From Amoebophrya sp. A120 (taxonomy: Eukaryota; Protista; Dinoflagellata), in NCBI GenBank assembly GCA_905178155.1, contig CAJINV010000004.1, positions 7,533,768-7,597,767 of the forward strand: 64,000 bases of DNA, read 5' to 3'. The notes below the pieces were generated by a model, which worked only from the letters and a program-made list of their open reading frames with translations, did not search any database and had not been told where the DNA came from. Below are positions 56,901 through 64,000 of the stretch, piece by piece. The position numbers and the translations under genes are program-made. Position 1 is the first letter of the stretch; each line of letters opens with the position of its first letter.

Positions 56901-59900
56901 TCTGCATGACAACTCTGGGGTGGGTACGTTTTTACTCAGGATACAGCACCCAGCATGTTCATTTCCTCCAACGCCGTCAGAGACAGCGGGCCTGCGTACT
57001 TCGCGGCATTTAGAGGAAACAACACCGCAGGATCTGTGAGTGCCAGGTCTGCGGTTCGTTTCTTCCCTTTTTTCCGCTTCCGGGCGAATGTGTTCCCAAT
57101 GCCGGGGATGACGTACTTGGTTTCTGTGGTAGAATTACACCTACGACGCCCAGGTGTTTCCTCCGGCCGAAATACTTGGGCAGAACTATTATAAAACTTT
57201 TGCTTGCGGGCCGCGCGCCACATGCTGGCGCCCTTCTTTTGGTTGCCCCATGCCCTGTCGCTGCCCCACCGCGCTTCCCGTTGCCCGGGTGGCGCGCTAG
57301 GTAAGAGGCTGCGCCCCCGGCGCGTTGCTGGGCGCGGCCCTTTCCAACATCAAGAAAAAAACACAGCGAGGGCGAAAGGGCGCGCGGAGTTTCGTCGCCA
57401 TTTGTTGCTGTAGTAGAGGACTGCGCGGCGCGTTAAAGCAGTGGGCCCACTTGGGGCGTGGCATAGGCAGAAGGAAAAACGCTGCCAGATTGTAATGCGG
57501 CACGCATGCCGCGCCGGCGGCACTACGGCGCCCCGTGTGTCACATGCCCCCAACTTCGCGGCGCCGTAAGCTGCTTCCGCTTCGGAGGCGGCGCTAGGAA
57601 AGATGCGGCCAGATACCCAGGCGGCACGCGCGCAGCGCCGGTGGTACTGCGGCCCCCCATGTGTCACATGCGCCGCGCCGCCTTCCAACTTCGCGGCGCC
57701 GCGAATTTGGTGCCCAGAATACCATGCGGCACGCGCGCAGCCCCGGGGGCATGGCAACACACAAATGGCCAAAATTGGCCTTCTTTGTCTCTTTTTGACC
57801 CGGCCGACTGGCCGAATCCCCACGGTATGGCCCAACTTCCCGTGCCAAAGTCTGAGGTCCGGCCGCCTCGCCAAAGTCAGACGCAAGACTTTCAAAAGAC
57901 TTCGAAAAGACTTTGAAAAGACTTTGGAAAAGACTTCGAAAAGACTTTGAAAAGACTTTGGAAAAGACTTTGGAAAAGACTTCGAAAAGACTTCGAAAAG
58001 ACTTCGAAAAGACTTTGAAAAGACTTTGAAAAGACTTTGAAAAGACTTTGAAAAGCGCTCCTGTTTTTGCATGGCCAAAATTGGCCATACCATAGGGCGA
58101 AGCTTTCAAAAAGCGCGCACTTCCGGGCGCTTTTCCCAAAGTCTTTCCAAAGTTTTTTCAAAGTCTTTTGAGCAGGAAAACTCGCGACTTTTCTGGCCGC
58201 AGGCAGAATCGGGCCAGGGAATTGGCTGCGTTTTTAACACGTTCCCCGAGCGGATTCGGGCACTTTGGCCGTCCCGAACACCGCGCCATTTGGGCGAACC
58301 AACTCCCACCGTGCCCCCGGTGCGAGGCGCGTGCCGCATGGTATTCTCTACGCAATTTTTCCGTTTCATTCATACACGGCTTCCAAACGCAGCCACTTAC
58401 AAACGGATCCCGCGGTGCCGGCCGCCCATAATGGGCGGCCGGACCCGGGGCCGGCCCCGTTTCGCGCCGTAACTGTGGCGCTTGATATTGCGAAAAGCCG
58501 CCAAGCGTAGCTGCAAAAAATTTCGCCAGACCACTGCCGCAGCCGTGCCATTTTTTTCGCCGAATTACTACCGGGCGACGCCTTTCTTTTTTTGGAAGGG
58601 GACAGGGGGACTTTGCGTGAAATGCTCCCCACCAAATGTGTGCGATTTCTGTCGCGCCCATGAAGCGCAGAGCAGTCCTTTTGCTATGAGGCCAAAGAGC
58701 AAAAAAAGAAAACCCAGACGCAGCCTCCTCCTGCTGCTTTTTTTTGGGTCTGCGCGTCGTTTCCGACTTTTTTTTTCCTGCCACATACTGCCAAGAGGCT
58801 ATTTTTTTTTTTCCAAGCCGGCGGGCAACTTTCTGCATTTTTTTTTCATGTGGGCGACCAAGAAAATTTAAAATTTTCAAAGTTTTTTGAAAGTCCTTTA
58901 AAAGTATTGCGACGCCTGAATTTCACCCGCCGTCGTCGGGGTAATAGAAGCGACACCAGCAACTGCTTGATGCCCGAGGACCCGGCGCTTGTTGTTGTTC
59001 CGCTGCTGCTCTACGACGACGTGTTTTTGTGTGTACTGCCAAAAGGGCGGCTTCCGCTTATTCCGCTGCTTGCGCGGGTTATTATTGTTCGCCGGCCCGG
59101 GCGATTGTGGCGGATCGGCGTTTTTATTGCCTTTAGCTCCTGGAGGTTCGGGTGGGCCTGGCTGGGCTTGTTGTCCACCGCCGTGGTGAACAGGAGCGTT
59201 TGCAGCTCCTGTCTGTGGTCGTACCAGGACCGCCGGTGTAGAAGTGGTCCCAACTGGTCGCGCTTTGCCTTTCCCACCGCTGGCCCCTGGCGCTGGTGCT
59301 GTTATAGTTCCTGCCTTCCTTATAATTTCCTCGTTCCTAGTCGTCCCTGGAGAAACCATTGGAGGGCCAAACGAGCTCGGCGACGCACGGGGCCCGCGAC
59401 GCCGGGGCGTCGGGAGTAGTTCTTGCTGCTCGTCTAGAAGTACAATTCGGTCTCCTGTACTTTCTGTTCTTTCAGGAGGAGCATCTCTAATATTGTCATC
59501 AGCCTTCCTTGCGGCAGCGACCTCGTCTACCGATCGGCCCGCCGGCGCAATAGTACGACCTGCATTTTTTGCTTCCCGGCGTCCCGTGCTTTCTTCCCGA
59601 GCTGTGGTTCCTCGCTCCGCGACTGGAATAACATATCTCGAGCTGGACGTTGAAGGTGACGGCGCGCCGGGTTGCTGATGCTGCACTGCTAGCGAAGATG
59701 ATTTTTGTTGTTCCATCTTTAATATTCCCGGCCCTCTAGTAGAAGAACTAGTGCCTTTGTTCATCATCGTCTCGTCCGCCGCCGCCGCATCCGCAGCTCC
59801 TGGTCGCATGCTGTGCTGGCCGTGACGGCTTTGATGAAGTAGAACCTCCTCTCTACTAGTACTTTCCACTCTCGAAGAACCGGCTCTTCGATCCCCAACT

Positions 59901-60361
59901 TGAAGAAGCGACCCTCCGGTGGTCGTCCCGGGCTCCATCGAGATGGGCGTAGGAACAAGGAAGTACTTCTGCCCCCCTTGCCGAGGCGACGGCGACGGTG
60001 AAGCACCGGCAGTGACACCCGGAGGCGCTCGTGAGGAAGAAGACGCCGCCTGCCTTGTTCCACTTCTCGGTGCTGACGCCATGAAATCCGTCTGAATTGG
60101 GGAGGGCACGAGGCGCAACGCCGGTTGGTCGAACGAAGTTGTGGATACCCGTGGCGCTGCAGGTATAATTTTATTTGCGCTGCTTTTCGCCTGCTTCGCT
60201 GGAGGCTCCGGGTCGCGTGCAGCGGCATTTTCAGGGTTGTCCACATGTGGTCGTGAGGGTTTCGGCTTTGACTTATCTTGATCTTCCCCACCGGACGGGG
60301 AGGCCTTGGAAGGACCACGACCGCGGTCTTGTTCCGGAGGGTCGTCCCGACTGCGCTTCAT
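53993..60361 (-). CDS. Bin3/MePCE-family RNA methyltransferase with a long disordered N-terminus
   Basis: Motifs YGNF, VLDIGCNTG, VGVDVD and FDTVLLFSVTKWIHMNCGDRG..LKPNGVLILEYHPW. Contains 3 introners. ORF 58898-60430 joins in frame if insert 57197-58898 is removed; that join is less certain than the catalytic part. Confidence 0.8.
55919..56156. mobile_element. Introner family L
   Basis: TIR TATGG.G.TCTCAAA; DR ACAAC; KQVV|GVDVD. Confidence 0.9.
56379..56539. mobile_element. Introner family B
   Basis: DR ACATC; KKM|FCYGNF. Confidence 0.92.
56665..56943. mobile_element. Introner family C
   Basis: TIR TATCCTGAGTAAAAACGTACCCAC; DR CAGCA. Confidence 0.92.
57197..58898. mobile_element. 1.7-kb GC-rich, TIR-less insertion or intron in the Bin3 gene
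   Basis: Flanked by TAAAA (57192-57196 and 58899-58903). Removal with one copy gives SQYF-Y-NSSAQ in frame. Contains internal repeats and a minisatellite. Confidence 0.65.
57885..58055. repeat. Minisatellite, about 15 units of 11-12 bp GAAAAGACTT(T/C)(G)
   Basis: Directly visible tandem array. Degenerate inverted copies at about 58138-58170 and 58876-58903. Confidence 0.95.
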
Positions 60362-61837
60362 GGTTGCACTTTCAGTGATGTTTCGTGCTGCTGAAAACAC
60401 TAAACCTTCTGGTGCGCAAAACAGTGACAACTTTGCTAGGAGGAGCCCGAGCTAGTACTAGTACTACATGGCCATACTATACAGCGATAGCGAACAACTC
60501 AGTCTCAATTCAAATGTCCACAAATAGTGACCGGTACGTGAAGGAGCGAAAAATATGACTCATATTCGTTTCAAGAATCAAACAACACTAGCAACACATG
60601 AATCAGGTGAGCGGTGGAAAAACGTCCTCCGTGTTCGTACTTACTTTAAAACGAAAGATCTGCTGTTCTTCCAACTAATCAGGAAGATCAACCGGACTTC
60701 GCTTTGCCGTTCAAAACATCCTCAAGCAGTGCCGTCCGCCGATCACAACACCCACGCGCCAAGTCAGTCAACAAATATCTTCAAAAAGGAGGCGATCAGG
60801 ATCTCAAATGAAGTCGCCTTATAATTGCAACTTGAAGGAAAGTAAGGATCTTCTTTAGGCAGAGGCAGAGAGACGAAGGCACAGCAAGAAGAGCGCGCTG
60901 GCATCACTTCAAATCAGTATGGTGCTCTACAACTTGAACACAGTTTCATCATACAACCGACACCAGTAGGTCGGGTCGCGGTCGTTATTTTTTCCTTTGA
61001 AGCGGCGGCTCCGCATCCGCTGAATGAATACATGCCCGCGACACGGGGCTTTGCGAGGGGCGCCCCGAGGAAGCGCGCTGCCGGCCGAAGACGTGGCGCG
61101 GCGCCGGGCAAATGCACCCACACAGGCAGACACCCACGGGCGGTTGCCGGGCGAGCGGCGCGCATGGCCCGACAACCTGCCGCAGCAGCAGCAGGCGGGG
61201 TGCACATGAGATGGGACTCTCCCTGCGGGGCAAGCGTGGGGCGCCGCCCCAGGCCACGGAGGGGCCGGATCACCTGCAAACGCACTCCGGGCCGGGCGAG
61301 CTACAGGGGGCCGGCGCTGCCCACCGCGCCGGCCCGGGAGAAAGGGGGACCCGCGCGCGCCGGGGGCTCGCGGCAGGAGGCCGCCAGCCTAGCTTCGACG
61401 CCATGAAATTCCGCCGCGGTGCCGGAAGGTGGATCCCTGCCGGGCGTGCTCGACCCGAGTTACGAGGTCCGTGGCGGGGCCTGGCCCGGGCGTGCTAGAC
61501 ACGAGTCCACGGCTCCCGGGGGTCGACGGAGTCCCGTTTGGGTTTCCGTCGACGCGTTTACAGCTACCGTCGACGCGTTTACAGGTTGCCGCGCCGGGTT
61601 TGATGGCGCGCGCAGGAATACCATCTCGGGGTCGACATCGTCGGGGGTCCCTTCGAGAGACCCCCGAACGCGCGTGCACTGCTGCGGCATGACACGCCTT
61701 TCGTTCTTTCTTCGCCTGATTTGTTTGTATTTGTACTGAGTGCCGCAATATCAGTCTAGCTGTTCCGATTTTTCTCCGAAAGCAATGGCAGGCGCTCTAG
61801 GACACTGACGATCGACAAGAACCAAATCGCTGCTGAC

Positions 61838-61866
61838 CTCTGTCTCTCTCACTCTCTCTCTCTCTC
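61838..61866. repeat. Imperfect (CT)n microsatellite
   Basis: ctctgtctctctcactctctctctctctc. Confidence 0.7.
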
Positions 61867-62196
61867 GGGATGGCGACCGACGGTTGGTTGCCACGCTGCG
61901 TCGGCGAAGCAGAAGACGAATACGAAGTTTCAGCTTGTCTTGCTGCATTTTCTTTTCTGGCGTGTCGTTTCAGGCGGGGGCGATAACGGTTCGTGGCCCC
62001 AGCTTAAACACGCGAAAATCCTACCTTGTTGTCGACATTGCTAGAACACTATAAAAAACAGCGGGAATTTCAGAGAACCGTGGCCGACCGTTTTCCAGCC
62101 AGCGGGCTCTCATAAAGAATTCGCGTGCGCAAGCCCACGAAACGCTGTTGCGCGCCATGTTCTTTCATACCGCTCTCGAAGATATAGTTCTTGCTA

Positions 62197-63783
62197 CTAC
62201 TTGCGCGCACCTCGCGCTTCAGTTTTTTTCAAGAAGTTTTGTTCTTCTAAGTACATTAGTCCGCTACGCTTCCCGACGTCCAACTCATCGTTTCCAGAGC
62301 GTTTCTGCTGCTCCAGAAACCTTTGCCAATCTTGCTCGCTTTGGCTAATAATTGTCGCTAGCTGCCACTCGCCAACAGCCCGGTCGGCCTCCACGATTCT
62401 GACCAAGGCCTGAAACGCGGGCGCGGCGCTGAGCTCCCAATTATCAGCCTGTTTCGTCAATAAATCCTCTTCGTCAACATTCCGCGCAAGTTTCGCTTTT
62501 CTGTTTCGCTTGGAAGATGACGGCCTCGTCGTTTTTCGTTCTGTGCCCGCGTGGAGGTCCAGGACGTGCGCTCCCAGTGCCGGCGGGTCCGCCGCAAAAA
62601 CTACACGCGCTTTGTCAAACGGAGCGCTGGCAGCTTCGAGCGCACCCGTGGTCAACATCGCAGCAGCGCTACTAACTCCCGCTACAACCCCGCCGTTCTG
62701 GTACACCTCTAAAACCCGCTCCGCGACAAGCCGCCGCAGCAGTTCTGCATTTGTCTGGCCGACACCTCGCTCGAGCTCTGCTCGCAGCCCCGAGGCGGAG
62801 GACGCCGGCCCGACCACATCTTTGAACGACATCCCGTCTACTTCGGAGCCGAGAATCCGCGCAACCCACAAGAGGAACTGAGCACCGCATGTGCGCGCCA
62901 CCAGATTTACGGAAGCCGCGTCCTCGCTATCCCGCACCAGACTTCGGAGCTGCGCCACTGCTTGCGATGTAGACACATCAGAGGAGGCGTAGTCACGACT
63001 TCTACCGGCGACTGGGTCGTCCATTTCCAGCTGCGCAAACAGGTCTGTGTAGAAATTCTCGTGAAGAACAGCTGCACCCGTGCCAGTGGTCCCGCCGTTG
63101 TGCGTGCCTCCACCCGTAGTACGATCGTTCCCTGCAGGGCCTTGTGATAGTGGGTTATCCCCGGTACGTCGGCCTGCTTCCCGCGCGTCCTGCTGCGCGG
63201 CGGAGGTGGAGACGGTGTCCACCGTGGACGCAAAGGCCTTCACCGCGTCGCGATCCGCAGCTCGGTGGTAGTGGTTCCGGTACGCAAACGCGACGTCCTC
63301 ACGAATTTTCCGCACGTTCAGCTTCTGGTCGTGTTTGAACCTTTGCCTCGCCGGAATCGTCTTCTTCTTGCTGGTCGAATGTAAGTGAACTTCTGCAGAC
63401 GCTGTTGCCAATAACCCTTTATTGTTCATCTGCTTCGCTACCACTCCTTCTCTCGACGGGGCAACATCAGGATGCTGTCGAACCACTTCTCCTCCGAGAA
63501 GCGCGGCTAGATCCAAAGCCGTCGTACGGCTCCTGCTAGGCGCAGCAGCTTTCATCCCAACAAAATCTTCTCCTAGCCACCCTCGCGAAGGTGCAGGTCG
63601 CTTGCTGGAAGAGGACAGCGCGCGGCCACCGCCACCAGGAACTAGTAAGCCTCGGCTCCTTCCACCAGCAGGTGCAGCCGAGAATACTAAACCACTTGTA
63701 CGAAAACCGCCCGGCAGCTGCACGATCTTGGCTTCGTGTGGTGTCGCGCGCTCGCACCAGTTCCAGTCTCGAGAGCCGCAGGC
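62197..63783 (-). CDS. BCNT-domain protein (CFDP1/Swc5-like); 5' part lies beyond the window
   Basis: C-terminal SEQDWQRF..ELDVGKRSGLMYLEEQNFLKKTEAR resembles BCNT-C. Frame is open up to the introner at 63784. Confidence 0.6.
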   Translation of the reverse strand, partial: ACGSRDWNWCERATPHEAKIVQLPGGFRTSGLVFSAAPAGGRSRGLLVPGGGGRALSSSSKRPAPSRGWLGEDFVGMKAAAPSRSRTTALDLAALLGGEVVRQHPDVAPSREGVVAKQMNNKGLLATASAEVHLHSTSKKKTIPARQRFKHDQKLNVRKIREDVAFAYRNHYHRAADRDAVKAFASTVDTVSTSAAQQDAREAGRRTGDNPLSQGPAGNDRTTGGGTHNGGTTGTGAAVLHENFYTDLFAQLEMDDPVAGRSRDYASSDVSTSQAVAQLRSLVRDSEDAASVNLVARTCGAQFLLWVARILGSEVDGMSFKDVVGPASSASGLRAELERGVGQTNAELLRRLVAERVLEVYQNGGVVAGVSSAAAMLTTGALEAASAPFDKARVVFAADPPALGAHVLDLHAGTERKTTRPSSSKRNRKAKLARNVDEEDLLTKQADNWELSAAPAFQALVRIVEADRAVGEWQLATIISQSEQDWQRFLEQQKRSGNDELDVGKRSGLMYLEEQNFLKKTEARGARK

Positions 63784-64000
63784 TATGGAGCTCTCAAACG
63801 TTACGTCTACGTGTGTTCAGCTGTTAATACATGACTTGATGTCACGCTGCAAAATATACCACAAGCCACTGTCACTTCTCAATCAAGATGCTTCGCATGA
63901 CAAATTCCCGAAGAACTAAACAGCATACGAACCTTTGATAATTTTGTGATGCGAGAGCTGCAATTTCGCATGCCCACCCTTGCATTCACTTTTGCTGTTC
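63784..64000. mobile_element. Introner family L, truncated by the window end
   Basis: Starts TATGGAGCTCTCAAACGTT, as at 55919. Internal GCATGACAA and TTGTGATGC motifs; interrupts the BCNT gene frame. Confidence 0.8.

Noticed and set aside
57765-58090. ATGGCCAAAATTGGCC as a dinoflagellate spliced-leader relic
   Set aside because: Only a short partial resemblance; it is a near-palindrome inside the insertion and is not at a gene 5' end.
57350-58161. ORFs with SKSFQSLF repeats
   Set aside because: Translation of the 11-bp minisatellite.

Overview
Eukaryotic, gene-dense DNA. About 15 protein-coding genes all lie on the minus strand. They are interrupted by 49 complete (plus 1 truncated) MITE-like elements that act as non-canonical introns ('introners'). 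This architecture matches what is known for the parasitic dinoflagellate Amoebophrya (Syndiniales); the taxon is my inference. I traced each element by hand. All start TAT and end ATA (two have one substitution), carry terminal inverted repeats (TIRs) from about 11 distinct families, are flanked by a 5-bp direct repeat (DR), and sit inside coding sequence. Removing the element plus one DR copy restores the reading frame every time. Only 3 of 49 can be read as GT-AG. They occur in both orientations and share an iterated internal GCA(T/A)NACA motif. All 7 imperfect DR pairs differ only at synonymous positions, suggesting both copies reach the coding product. That points to a non-spliceosomal, possibly DNA-level, removal mechanism. 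Reconstructed genes: EF-hand/Zn-finger protein, ABCG transporter, exostosin(GT47)-FkbM fusion, two intronless paralogs with an F-box-like motif, VASt lipid-transfer protein, TMEM189/CarF-like desaturase, fucosyltransferase-like protein, class-3 lipase, Bin3/MePCE methyltransferase, a BCNT-domain protein and several unknowns. Three larger insertions also sit inside genes: a 1.7-kb minisatellite element, a 2.1-kb RT-like fragment with a 78-bp duplication, and an 837-bp insert nested in an introner.
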